From Macrostomum lignano (taxonomy: Eukaryota), in assembly GCA_002269645.1 (NCBI GenBank), contig NIVC01003142.1, positions 1 through 64,000 on the forward strand: a DNA stretch of 64,000 nucleotides. The letters run 5' to 3'. The first letter of the stretch is position 1; each line of letters begins with the position of its first letter. The translations under genes and the position numbers were made by a program. Below are positions 21,728 through 34,099 of this stretch, piece by piece. Below the pieces are notes generated by a model. It saw only the letters and a list, made by a program, of their open reading frames with translations. It was not told where the DNA came from and made no database searches.

Positions 21728-24700
21728 TCAGAAATCGCCACAATCAATGTCCGCTGTCTCGTCGATTGCTTCAACATCAGCTGCTGCCGCGACAGAGGCG
21801 GAGGCGCAGCGCTGTTTAGCGAGCTCTCGCACACGCTCTGGAGTTAGAGACACAACCAAACCGCAGGAGCGCAAATGACGCAGGAACAATACGGCTAATT
21901 TAGCCGGCTCAGTTTCCATCATCATACCGTCAGATTCGTCAACTATGAGGAATTCGGTTCGGCCAGGATCGCAGCGGGAGTTCATGGCGACCAAACGTGT
22001 GACCATGTCCTTGGCCAGGCCGCCTGTGACTAGGAAGGCCTGGCATGCGGGATGTTGGAGACTGGCTTTGAAGAGGGGCATAAAAAAAAGGGCTGCTGTT
22101 CACCCCCTGTGAGTGGGTGCCTGCGTACAGTGCACTCATTTGAGGCTGTACTTCAAGCTAAAATGGGGATTTCTGGTAGCTAAAATGGGGATTTCTGGTA
22201 GCTAAAATGGGGATTTCTGGTAGCTAAAATGGGGATTTCTGGTAGCTAAAATGGGGATTTCTGGTAGCTAAAATGGGGATTTCTGGTAGCTAAAATTGGG
22301 ATCTCTGGTAGCTAAAATGGGGATTTCTGGTAGCTAAAATGGGGATTTCTGGTAGCTAAAACTTGGGATTTCTGGTAGCTAAAATGGGGATTTCTGGTAG
22401 CTAAAATGGGGATTTCTGGTAGCTAAAACTTGGGATTTCTGGTAGCTAAAATGGGGATTTCTGGTAGCTAAAACTTCGGATTTCTGGTAGCTAAAATGGG
22501 GATTTCTGGTAGCTAAAATGGGGATTTCTGGTAGCTAAAATGGGGATTTCTGGTAGCTAAAATGGGGATTTTTAGTAGCTAAAATGGGGATTTCTGGTAG
22601 CTAAAATGGGGATTTCTGGTAGCTAAAATGGGGATTTCTGGTAGCTAAAACTTGGGATTTCTGGTAGCTAAAATGGGGATTTCTGGTAGCTAAAATGGGG
22701 ATTTCTGGTAGCTAAAACTTGGGATTTCTGGTAGCTAAAATGGGGATTTCTGGTAGCTAAAATGGGGATTTCTGGTAGCTAAAACTTGGGATTTCTGGTA
22801 GCTAAAATGGGGATTTCTGGTAGCTAAAATGGGGATTTCTGGTAGCTAAAATGGGGATTTCTGGTAGCTAAAATGGGGATTTCTGGTAGCTAAAATGGGG
22901 ATTTCTGGTAGCTAAAATGGGGATTTCTGGTAGCTAAAATGGGGATTTCTGGTAGCTAAAATGGGGATTTCTGGTAGCTAAAATGGGGATTTCTGGTAGC
23001 TAAAATGGGGATTTCTAATAGCTAAAATGGGGATTTTTGGTAGCTAAAATGGGGATTTCTGGTAGCTAAAATGGGGATTTCTAATAGCTAAAATGGGGAT
23101 TTCTGGTAGCTAAAATGGGGATTTCTGGTAGCTAAAATGGGGATTTTTGGGAGCAAAAATGAGGATTAATGGTAGCTAAAATGGGGATTTCTAATAGCTA
23201 AAATGGGGATTTTTGGTAGCTAAAATGGGGATTTCTGGTAGCTAAAATGGGGATTTCTAATAGCTAAAATGGGGATTTCTGGTAGCTAAAATGGGGATTT
23301 CTAATAGCTAAAATGGGGATTTTTGGTAGCTAAAATGGGGATTTCTGGTAGCTAAAATGGGGATTTCTAATAGCTAAAATGGGGATTTCTGGTAGCTAAA
23401 ATGGGGATTTCTGGTAGCTAAAATGGGGATTTTTGGGAGCAAAAATGAGGATTATTGGTAGCTAAAATGGGGATTTCTAATAGCTAAAATGGGGATTTTT
23501 GGTAGCTAAAATGGGGATTTCTGGTAGCTAAAATGGGGATTTCTAATAGCTAAAATGGGGATTTCTGGTAGCTAAAATAGGGATTTCTAATAGCTAAAAT
23601 GGGGATTTCTGGGAGCTAAAATGGGGATTTTTGGTAGCTAAAATGGGGATTTCTGGTAGCTAAAAAAGGGATTTTTAGTAGCTAAAATGGGGATTTCTGC
23701 TACCATTAAAATGAAGATTTTAAACTGCTTAAACAAAAAGGATTTCAGGTAGATTAAACTGAGGATTCCTTAGTCAAGCCGGCCTTACCTGCACCTCCAA
23801 AGTTCTCAGCCCGCTACCCGGCTGCTTAGCCAAATCGCGCTGTATTCCCAAATCAGGCCTATCATTGTACGCTTTGATATAGCCGGCCACATTGGGTAGG
23901 CACATGCTCAACAGCTGCTGTTTGCAAGCTTCAACCGAGTCATAGCAATCCGAACTGTTATGACCAAACCAATGCCGCTCCAACAGCTTCAGCGCTGAGT
24001 CTGTTAGCAATCCCTGTGACATTCTCTGCCACTCGGCATTGTTATTGGCAAATAGCCAATTATAATAAGTATTATCCGTGTTAGCATTGGGATTAATTAG
24101 GAACAGACTGAGCACTTTGTCCGGGTGCTTCAAAGCGTAGCGGCACAGCACGTTGGAGCCCGCGCCGCTGCCGAAACCGACAAAGTAGGCCAGGTTGAAG
24201 TGGGCCACCACCGACTGCAGCATGTCTGCGATCTCGTCTAGGCTAGGGTACCCGATTCTGAAGGGTTTGGGCCGGATTAACAGGGGGATTAACGGCTGTT
24301 AGAGTGGTACAGTGGAAAGCGCTTATTAAAATGAGCCTAATCGGTGACGCTATATGCTAAGCTTCTTGAAGGGAAGCGGTTTTGTAGGGAAGCTGTTTTG
24401 TATAGAAGTTGTTATCTATAGAAGCTGTTTAGAAGGGAAGCTGTTTTGTAGGGAAGTTGCTTAGAAGGGAAGCTGTTTTGTAGGGAAGCTGTTTTGTAGG
24501 GAAGCAGTTTTGTAGGGAAGCTGCTTAGAAGGGAAGCTGTTTTGTAGGGAAGCTGTTTTGTAGGGAAGCTGCTTAGAAGGGAAGCTGTTTTGTAGGGAAG
24601 TTGCTTAGAAGGGAAGCTGTTTTGTAGGGAAGCTGCTTAGAAGGGAAGCTGTTTTGTAGGGAAGCTGTTTTGTAGGAAAGCTGTTTTGTAGGAAAGCTGT

Positions 24701-27700
24701 TTTGTAGGAAAGCTGTTTTGTAGGAAAGCTGTTTTGTAGGAAAGCTATCTTCTAGGAAGTCAGGTTAGTTCAAGTTCAAGTTAGCGACTATTTTAAAGGT
24801 CAACGAATCTTTCACGGCTATAATGACATTTAAGGAAAACAATGCAACACTTCATACTCACTTCCCGGGCACACCATCAGCGTAAGTGGCAAACTGCTGT
24901 CTCTCCGTTAACAGGCCCTCCTTTTCTTCTACTCCACTGAAATATTATTAAGTGGTAGTTAAGTAAAAGGGTAATTTACTTAAATTACACCCTAATAATG
25001 TAGAAAAATTTTGCATGGATTTTGCGTGAGTATAAAAAATCAAGATAAGAGATGCTTTAAAGTAACAATACAAATGTTAATACAAAAAAATTTCACTTTG
25101 TCGTTTAAAGTCGCGCAAAGATTTTATAAGAACTTATGAGTGCAGGTGAATTCACTTGAACAGGATTGTATGTTAGTGTATGCCTGGCTACCTGATTCAC
25201 TCAGTGGTCTGTGATTGTGGATTGGTCTGTGGTTGTGAATTGGTTTGTGATTGTGAATTGGTCTGTGATTGTGGATTGGTCTGTGATTGTGAATTGGTCT
25301 GTGATTGTGAATTGGTTTGTGATTGTGGATTGGTCTGTGATTGTGAATTGGTTTGTGATTGTGAATTGGTCTGTGATTGTGAATTGGTTTGTGATTGTGG
25401 ATTGGTTTGTGATTGTGGATTGGTTTGTGATTGTGGATTGGTCTGTGATTGTGGATTGGTTTGTGATTGTGGATTGGTTTGTGATATTGGTTTGTGATTG
25501 TTGATTAGTTTGTGATTGTGGATTGGTTTGTGATTGTGGATTGGTTTGTGATTGTGGATTGGTTTGTGATTGTGGATTGGTTTGTGATATTGGTTTGTGA
25601 TTGTGGATTGGTTTGTGATTGTGGATTGGTCTGTGATTGTGAATTGGTCTGTGATTGTGAATTGGTTTGTGATTGTGGATTGGTCTGTGATTGTGAATTG
25701 GTTTGTGATTGTGAATTGGTCTGTGATTGTGAATTGGTTTGTGATTGTGAATTGGTTTGTGATTGTGAATTGGTTTGTGATTGTGGATTGGTTTGTGATT
25801 GTGAATTGGTCTGTGATTGTGGATTGGTCTGTGATTGTGAATTGGTTTGTGATTGTGGATTGGTTTGTGATTGTGATTTGGTTTGTGATTGTGAATTGGT
25901 CTGTGATTGTGAATTGGTTTGTGATTGTGAATTGGTTTGTGATTGTGGATTAGTTTGTGATTGTGGATTGGTCTGTGATTGTGAATTGGTTTGTGATTGT
26001 GAATTGGTTTGTGATTGTGAATTGGTTTGTGATTGTGATATTGGTTTGTGATTGTGGATTGGTTTGTGATTGTGGATTGGTTTGTGATTGTGAATTGGTT
26101 TGTGATTGTGATATTGGTTTGTGATTGTGATATTGGTTTGTGATTGTGATATTGGTTTGTGATTGTGATATTGGTTTGTGATTGTGATATTGGTTTGTGA
26201 TTGTGGATTGGTTTGTGATTGTGGATTGGTTTGTGATTGTGGATTGGTTTGTGATTGTGGATTGGTTTGTGATTGTGGATTGGTTTGTGATTGTGGATTG
26301 GTCTGTGATTGTGGATTGGTTTGTGATTGTGGATTGGTTTGTGATATTGGTTTGTGATTGTTGATTAGTTTGTGATTGTGGATTGGTTTGTGATTGTGGA
26401 TTGGTTTGTGATTGTGGATTGGTTTGTGATTGTGGATTGGTTTGTGATATTGGTTTGTGATTGTGGATTGGTTTGTGATTGTGGATTGGTTTGTGATTGT
26501 GGATTAGTTTGTGATTGTGGATTGGTCTGTGATTGTGGATTGGTTTGTGATTGTGGATTGGTCTGTGATTGTGGATTGGTTTGTGATTGTGGATTGGTCT
26601 GTGATTGTGGATTGGTTTGTGATTGTGGATTGGTTTGTGATTGTGGATTGGTTTGTGATTGTGGATTGGTCTGTGATTGTGGATTGGTTTGTGATTGTGG
26701 ATTGGTCTGTGATTGTGAATTGGTTTGTGATTGTGAATTGGTTTGTGATATTGGTTTGTGATTGTGGATTAGTATGTGATTGTGGATTGGTTTGTGATTG
26801 TGGATTGGTCTGTGATTGTGGATTGGTTTGTGATTGTGGATTGGTTTGTGATTGTGAATTGGTTTGTGATTGTGAATTGGTTTGTGATTGTGGATTGGTT
26901 TGTGATTGTGGATTGGTTTGTGAGTGTGAATTGGTTTGTGATTGTGGATTAGTTTGTGATTGTGGATTGGTCTGTGATTGTGGATTGGTTTGTGATTGTG
27001 GATTGGTCTGTGATTGTGGATTGGTTTGTGATTGTGGATTGGTCTGTGATTGTGGATTGGTCTGTGATTGTGGATTGGTTTGTGATTGTGGATTGGTCTG
27101 TGATTGTGTATTGGTTTGTCTGTGTTTAGGTTTGGGAATTGGTAAATGGCTTTTAGATAATTTGACGTATCCATGCAAAATTTAGTTACACAAGCTGATG
27201 TTAATTACTCGAGACAAAATCACAATTAGTAGGAGAGTAAAATAAAAACCGTTAATTCCACTAGTGTTAAGACTTCCATAAGTTTAAAACCACAAAGTCG
27301 CATTCATTTAGATTTGATAAAGAACTGGGTAAATTTACTAAATTTAAATAATAAAATTAATACAAAGCTTTCAATAAAAGCCAGTTATTTAAGGTTCGGG
27401 TATTTTAAAAATATTAATAAATAATTATAATGACAGTAGATACATTACCGCTGATTAATGCATCGAATAATCACCCTGAAAATGAATTTACAATTAAGAA
27501 AAGAATACAAACTACAAACTACGCTAAAAAAATATGTGCAAAATTTTGTTAGTGACTTAAAGTGCAATATGTTAATTAGTTATACCATGTTCCCAAATTC
27601 AAAGTGCAATCTTACTCGGACGCGACAGGACCGGCATTGTCCTGGTGACCCGGTGCGCACACGTGGTAGACATTGAAATTGTCTGCAATCACTTGCATGT

Positions 27701-29038
27701 CGCAGTAGTTGAAAAAGCCGAGAAATGACCGATCTGGAAATTTCATCCAGGAGAATATCAACTCTTTGTTAATTGGTAACACTCATGGCCTAACGCTACA
27801 AACACTGCAGTTTGCACAGCACATCTCGCTGTTTATCAGATCATGAATCTTGGCTACCAGATCCTCAGGTTTTTGACTACCAGATCCTCAGGTTTTTGGC
27901 TACCAGATCCTCAGACTCTTGGCTACCAGATCCTCAGACTCTTGGCTACCAGATCCTCAGACTCTTGGCTACCAGATCCCCAGACTCTTGGCTACCAGAT
28001 CCCCAGACTCTTGGCTACCAGATCCTCAGACTCTTGGCTACCAGATCCCCAGACTCTTGGCTACCAGATCCCCAGACTCTTGGCTACCAGATCCCCAGAC
28101 TCTTGGCTACCAGATCCCCAGACTCTTGGCTACCAGATCCCCAGACTCTTGGCTACCAGATCCCCAGACTCTTGGCTACCAGATCCCCAGACTCTTGGCT
28201 ACCAGATCCCCAGACTCTTGGCTACCAGATCCCCAGACTCTTGGCTACCAGATCCCCAGACTCTTGGCTACCAGATCCTCAGACTCTTGGCTACCAGATC
28301 CTCAGACTCTTGGCTACCAGATCCTCAGACTCTTGGCTACCAGATCCTCAGACTCTTGACTACCAGATCCCCAGACTCTTGGCTACCAGATCCCCAGACT
28401 CTTGGCTACCAGATCCCCAGACTCTTGGCTACCAGATCCTCAGACTCTTGGCTACCAGATCCTCAGACTCTTGGCTACCAGATCCTCAGACTCTTGACTA
28501 CCAGATCCCCAGACTCTTGGCTACCAGATCCCCAGACTCTTGGCTACCAGATCATCAGACTCTTGGCTACCAGATCCTCAGACTCTTGGCTACCAGATCC
28601 CCAGACTCTTGGCTACCAGATCCCCAGACTCTTGGCTACCAGATCCTCAGACTCTTGGCTACCAGATCCCCAGACTCTTGGCTACCAGATCCCCAGACTC
28701 TTGGCTACCAGATCCCCAGACTCTTTGCTACCAGATCCTCAGAATCTTGGCTACCAGATCCTCAGACTCTTGGCTACCAGATCCCCAGACTCTTGGCTAC
28801 CAGATCCTCAGATAAGCTCAGAGGTACAGTGCATTGAAAAATCTAAAACTCGTAAACAATTTTCAGCAAATCCACTAACTCGGATTTGGGGATTTAGGAC
28901 ACTAAATTTTTGAACAATAGGCACCACTCACAGTTAGTTCCAATGTCGTGAAATGTCAGGATTGATCCACTAGTCTTGGTGCCACGCTGCATATAAACAT
29001 GCAGTGGAATGCCATAACTGGTTGCAATTACATGTTCC
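21728..29038 (-). CDS. NDRG: NDRG-family protein (catalytically inactive alpha/beta-hydrolase fold); start codon not located
   Basis: Exons 29038-28932 (EHVIATSYGIPLHVYMQ...ILTFHDIGTN, needs removal of one A at ~29029), 27733-27616 (FLGFFNYCDMQVIADNFNVYHVCAPGHQD), 24936-24862, 24257-23789 (GYPSLDEIADML..VVAHF..GFGSGAGSNVLCRYALKHP...AYNDRPDL), 22039-21728 (AFLVTGG...MNSRCDPGRT...EPAKLA). All GT-AG with matching phases; AATAAA lies 4 nt after the TGA. Confidence 0.92.
22155..23700. repeat. 22-bp minisatellite (GGTAGCTAAAATGGGGATTTCT)n, ~70 copies, fills NDRG intron
   Basis: Highly homogeneous tandem units. Confidence 0.97.
24370..24740. repeat. 16-bp minisatellite (GGGAAGCTGTTTTGTA)n, NDRG intron
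   Basis: Tandem units alternating with GGGAAGCTGCTTAGAA. Confidence 0.93.
25204..27118. repeat. 18-bp minisatellite (GTGATTGTGRATTGGTYT)n, ~100 copies, NDRG intron
   Basis: Tandem units; source of the CDCGLV, SQTNP and IHNHKP ORFs. Confidence 0.97.
27850..28812. repeat. 23-bp minisatellite (GGCTACCAGATCCYCAGACTCTT)n, ~42 copies, NDRG intron
   Basis: Tandem units; the same peptide cycles through all three forward frames because 23 is not a multiple of 3. Confidence 0.97.
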
Positions 29039-30869
29039 TAAAGGATTTTAATGCAATAATATCAGTTGAGTGCAGGTATTTGCAAAAATAGAACTGCAAT
29101 ATTTTATAAGAACAACTTTTATCAATAGAACATTGAAACAATTTCAATGGTTTTTTGCTACTAACCTCCATTTTAATAATTGAAAATCTGTCAGATCCAG
29201 ATATCAAATTATAACAAGCATGCAAAAGAGAGCATGATTATAGTATAGTATTTTTTATAGTTTAATGTATTTCCAAAGAATTTTTTTTTTGGCTAGCATA
29301 TTTACTATTTCAAGGGAAACAAAAGACTAGATTTGCTTGCAATGACACTTGTTTGCCCTAATAGAATTGAGATTTTGTTGCTTTAAATAATATAATAAAT
29401 CATAAAATATGATTGCCATTAAAACCAAATAATGTGGTCACTAATAATTACATTACTCCATGATTAGCTAAACATTTTATATCAATTATTTATGCTTTGT
29501 CATAAAACTGATTTGAATAAATATGACTATGCTTAGGCACTTGAGTGAGGGTCTTATGACTTGCCAATATGCATTCAAAAAGACAATCCTTTGTCCTAAT
29601 TAACCTAGAGTTAGTCTAAGACTTGAATTATAAGGTTAAACAATATAAGATTAGGCGTAGGGAGGAAGGGTATACCCTAAGGGGGCGAAGCACTTCTTTA
29701 CTAGTTTATGCTAGTGCTAAAATGCAAAATTGCACCGTATCGGAATAAGTGTAGAAAATCTGTGGATGTGCAACATGGGATCTAAAATTGTGGCTCAAAA
29801 ACACATCACAATGCAGAACATGTTAACTTTTGTACCGAATACGGCATAGTATGAATTAGATGACATGGCATTTAGCCTTAATAAGACAGTTGGGTTACTC
29901 TTGCCATTTACCCAAAATCACACTGCACTGCAACACTATCTCCTTGACTCTAGCAATGATGCAACACCAGAAAATTCCAAAATTGCAATGGACAGTCAGA
30001 CACCTTTTGTCCACTTATACCAATAGGAAAATTGCATCCAATGTCTAATTTTAGGATGCAACCCCTTTGATTATCTATTATTTATCTAAGAGTGCCCCCT
30101 TTGGAATGGCCAATAAGCAAGGAGCAAAAACTATGCAAATCCATTAAAAACACATTTTCTTAAGAACCATTTCCTTTTTCTGTTTCAAAGACTTTATTTT
30201 CTTTAGCTTAGGTAAATAAAATACTGATTTACTGGGTGCTACCTTATGATGTAATCATTATTCAATTCTAATCAATGGCTTATAATAATTTAACATAATA
30301 TTATAGTTACATAAGTAAGTCAAGCCTAATTTACAATTGCAAATTTTCATTATGTTATTATATTGTGTTTTATAGTGATGCAATTAAGTCAGATCAGATT
30401 GATAATTAACCAATTAATAATAAATAAATAGCCTAGTATAATATAATATTTATCATAATCAAAACTTAGCTAGTTAGCATTCTTACATTCTTAAAATGCA
30501 TTTCAAGCCAAAAAGTCTATTTGACCTTTGCAAAAAGCATATATTTGAATACCTAATCCTTTGAGCATTGAGAAATATTTTATAGATACCTGTACCACCA
30601 GGAAAAGTTTAATTGAATAGTACAAGTTTGAAAAAAAATGATTGTGCAACTTTTTTAAATTGATCCCATAGACACCTATATACCAAAACCATTTTTTAAT
30701 ACATGGATTTGGAAAGTCTGGATATTATATAGCATCCCTATGTAGGCTATTGTATGAAAAACCTAGCCTAGCCATAGGTTTTATTGCTAGCACTAGGATG
30801 CAAAATTGCAACCAAGGTCTAATTTGAGAATGCAATTTTGAAAGTCAGGATACTATATCCAGACTATAT

Positions 30870-31970
30870 ATCCCAAAAGTTTTTAGACTGTTTATAACAT
30901 ACAAATGGAAGCTGGTTTGAGTGCATGGAATTACAAGCTTTTAAAGTAACATCTTCTAGCCTAGATGACATCTGAACTCTATCTATGGCTCCTGTATATG
31001 CCAGGTGATTTGCCAATTGGACAACTTTGCCAAATAACTGATCAAGGTTGGTGAACTGAAACCTATGGTACTGATTCTTTAACTTTGGAAAAAATTAAAG
31101 TCAGAAGGACTGATATCAGGGGAGTAGGATAGGTAAGGCAGTACCTTTTAGCCATAACTTAGCAGCAGCTATTTCACTATGCTACCTATCTATGCACTCA
31201 AATTGTTAGTATAGGCAGTGTAGCATAAGAAGTCTATCACTTAGCAGAGCTGGTTGTTTTTTGCAGATGGCAGGTTAGAGGTGCAATATCAGAAATTCTA
31301 TAGTATTGCTAGTTCACAGTCTGATCCTAGGGCACTTGGTGCACAATCAGAATGCCAAAGGCATTGTAGGCAGCTATAAGCATCATCTTAATGCTTTGAC
31401 TCTGATTGACAACTGTTGGCTGCATGTCCAATGGCTATTTCCACTTGCTGTTCTAGCTCCTTAGGTTCAACTCATATAGGCAGGCCTACATCTCATCAAT
31501 GATAACCATCTGATGCAGAAGCAACTCTTCTTGTGACACTAGAGCAGCTACTGAGTAATGCAATGCTGCCTATGGCTATCTGATAACTAAGTGAGGCACC
31601 CACTTAGTAGTCACCTTGCGCATCCCAAGATCTTTAGTAACAATGTGATGCACAATAGTTGATATGATCCCAGAGAGCTCTGACATTTCCTTACATGTCT
31701 ATCTCCTCTAAATCTCAAACAGCTACCTGATCATCAAAATGTTTTCAGCTGATCATGTTTTCCTAGTTCTCTCAGATCTAGGTGAGTCTTTAATGGAAGT
31801 TTGGCCATCCCTAAAGCAGGCATACCACCTGAATATAGCTGCTCTGCACAAGGCATGCTCAACAAAGGCTTCTTCTAACTGGCAATGTACTTGCATTACT
31901 GTTGTTCTTCTAGCTAATTGTTTTTCTAGCTCTTTTATTCTTAATTTATTGTCCATGATTAATAATTAAC
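30870..31970 (-). mobile_element. Degraded mariner (Tc1/mariner, DD34D-type) transposase relic
   Basis: N-terminal HTH (HALCRAAIFRWYACFRDGQTSIKDSPRSER); TIVHHIVTKDLGMRKVTTKWVPHL (WVPHEL motif); VIIDEM* (DETW motif); YSPDISPSDF (YSPDLAPSD motif) near 31090-31125. Multiple stops; boundaries approximate. Confidence 0.85.
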
Positions 31971-32534
31971 TTCTCTTACAAAATTAGGCCTAATAATAAA
32001 AACACATGAAATCAATATGCTTATGTTATTATATTGTAGCAGTTAAGCCAGTTAGATTATATTTGTTTCCTTGCATTTAATAAAAGTACTTTCTTTTGAG
32101 TGCTCACAAGCTAACTTGTCTATGACCTAAATTTCCACTTTCAGTTTCAGCCTCAAACTCACTATAGGCCTACCTTAATCTTATTAAATAGATACAACCC
32201 TATCCATAATTAACCTTCCTCTTGCAACTTAATCAAATGTGTCTTAATCTTTAAGTAGCCAATACTACAATGTAGGCCTACAAGTATTGTGTATTGATTG
32301 GTCCCAAGATGAAGTCAAGAAATATTCTATAAATCATTCAACTAAAAATTGCCTCAAATAAATGCTTAACAACCAATATAATGATGGCTAGATAATCTAC
32401 CTAGATGAAAGGCTAATTAGTTTGATTATAGCATATAAACTAATTGCATTATTGTGTAGGTCCTAACTTGTCTTAACATAAAGTTAAATGCATTTTTAAG
32501 TATATAAGTTCATATTATAAGATATACCCTAGCA

Positions 32535-32790
32535 AGAAAACATGATAATTTCTTGTTTTCATGCTTGTGCTTGAAGATTCCATTTTCCAACCCAGTTCAC
32601 CTTGGCAGCATTCAACCTGGCTCTCAAGGCACCTCTAGTCCCTTTATCCTGCTTTATTCTATCCCCACTTTATCCTATCACACTTTATCCCAGCGGCCAG
32701 CAAGAAAATGTGATAATTTCTTGTTTTTATGTTTGCACTTGAAGATTCTATTTTCCAACCCAGTTCACATTGGTAGCATTCAACCTGGTA
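32535..32790. repeat. Diverged direct duplication of an ~85-bp block (32535-32620 and 32702-32790)
   Basis: AAGAAAA..GATAATTTCTTGTTTT...CCAACCCAGTTCAC.TTGG.AGCATTCAACCTGG occurs twice. Confidence 0.85.
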
Positions 32791-33492
32791 TGTAGTTCTG
32801 TAGGGTTATGTAGAGGGTGTATGTTTATAGTACACATATGTTTTTCATTGTTGTATTGCATTATTTGTTGCTTTAAGACAAATTACTTGAAAAATGCTTC
32901 CCTTTACATATTTATTACAGGCTTTTGTTAAGGATGCTTACAATCATTTTGATGGTCAAGGCCCCTTGCTATTGTCTTTGTTGAATCAAGAATTTGTGGT
33001 TGGTGTTTGACTTCAGGCTGCAAATGTGAAAGAGGCAGCTAAATTGCTTAGCTTATCAATGCGTAATTGTAATGTTTGTATTGTCAATGGTATTGATTTG
33101 AAGTACTTGACCAGTGGTGGTTTCAGTGTCACTTTTGGGAATAGTGTTGCTACCATTTGTAAAAAAGGCTCACAGACTAAGTGTTGTCAGACTGTTTCAG
33201 CATGGCTCAAAGCCGCCAAAATAGGCCAATTGTGGTTGGAGAGCAATAATTGGAAGCTTTTATCTTACAGTACTTACCACCCTGCTTTTAAGCCGGGCAG
33301 GCAGCAAATAAATTATATATGAAAGAGGCCACTTGACACATTGAGATTGCCTGCTCTGTTTCAAAAGGCCTATTAAAGAGTGTTATTTGCCTAAGTTTAG
33401 TATGTGTATGGCAAGTATTTGCAGAATTAAGTTAGCTTAATGGTGATTTTGAGGATAGAGCAATAAGTGATGAGGAAGAGCAGAGTGTTAAT

Positions 33493-33945
33493 GATGAGCA
33501 GACAGCTGAAGATGAGCAGATGGCTGAAAATGAGCAGACAGCTGAAGATGAGCAGACAGCTGAAGATGAGCAGACTGCTGTAAATGAGCAGACAGCTAAA
33601 GATGAGCAGACAGCTGAAGATGAGCAGACTGCTGAAAATGAGCAGACAGCTAAAGATGAGCAGATAGCTGAAAATGAGCAGACAGCTGAAGATGAGCAGA
33701 TGGCTGAAAATGAGCAGACAGCTGAAGATGAGCAGACAGCTGAAGATGAGCAGATGGCTGAAAATGAGCAGACAGCTGAAGATGAGCAGACAGCTGAAGA
33801 TGAGCAGACAGCTGACAATGAGAAGATAGCCAAAAATGAGCAGACAGCTAAAGATGAGCAGACAGCTGAAGATGAGCAGACAGCTGAAGATGAGCAGACA
33901 GCTGAAGATGAGCAGACAGCTGAAGATAAGCAGATGGCTGAAAAT
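33493..33945. repeat. 18-bp minisatellite (GAGCAGACAGCTGAAGAT)n reading as (EQTAED)n
   Basis: About 25 copies; open acidic frame 33520-34014. Confidence 0.93.
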
Positions 33946-34099
33946 GAGAAAATGAAAAGTGGAGGAGCAAGCTGGACAGCAGCGCAACAACAGGCAAGAT
34001 GTGGACGCTGCTGAAGTGGATCAATGGCAGGGCACCAACCAAGAGCAAAGATCAGGTCTTAGAGCACGCAGGAAAATGATATAAGTCAGACAAGGCCAA

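Noticed and set aside
725-29038. Calling hemicentin, the lectin or NDRG pseudogenes
   Set aside because: The lesions are single-base changes compatible with homopolymer errors, while splice sites, phases and motifs are intact.
33026-33322. ORF with GFSVTF, possibly a retroelement or transposase fragment
   Set aside because: Too short and degenerate to assign on either strand.
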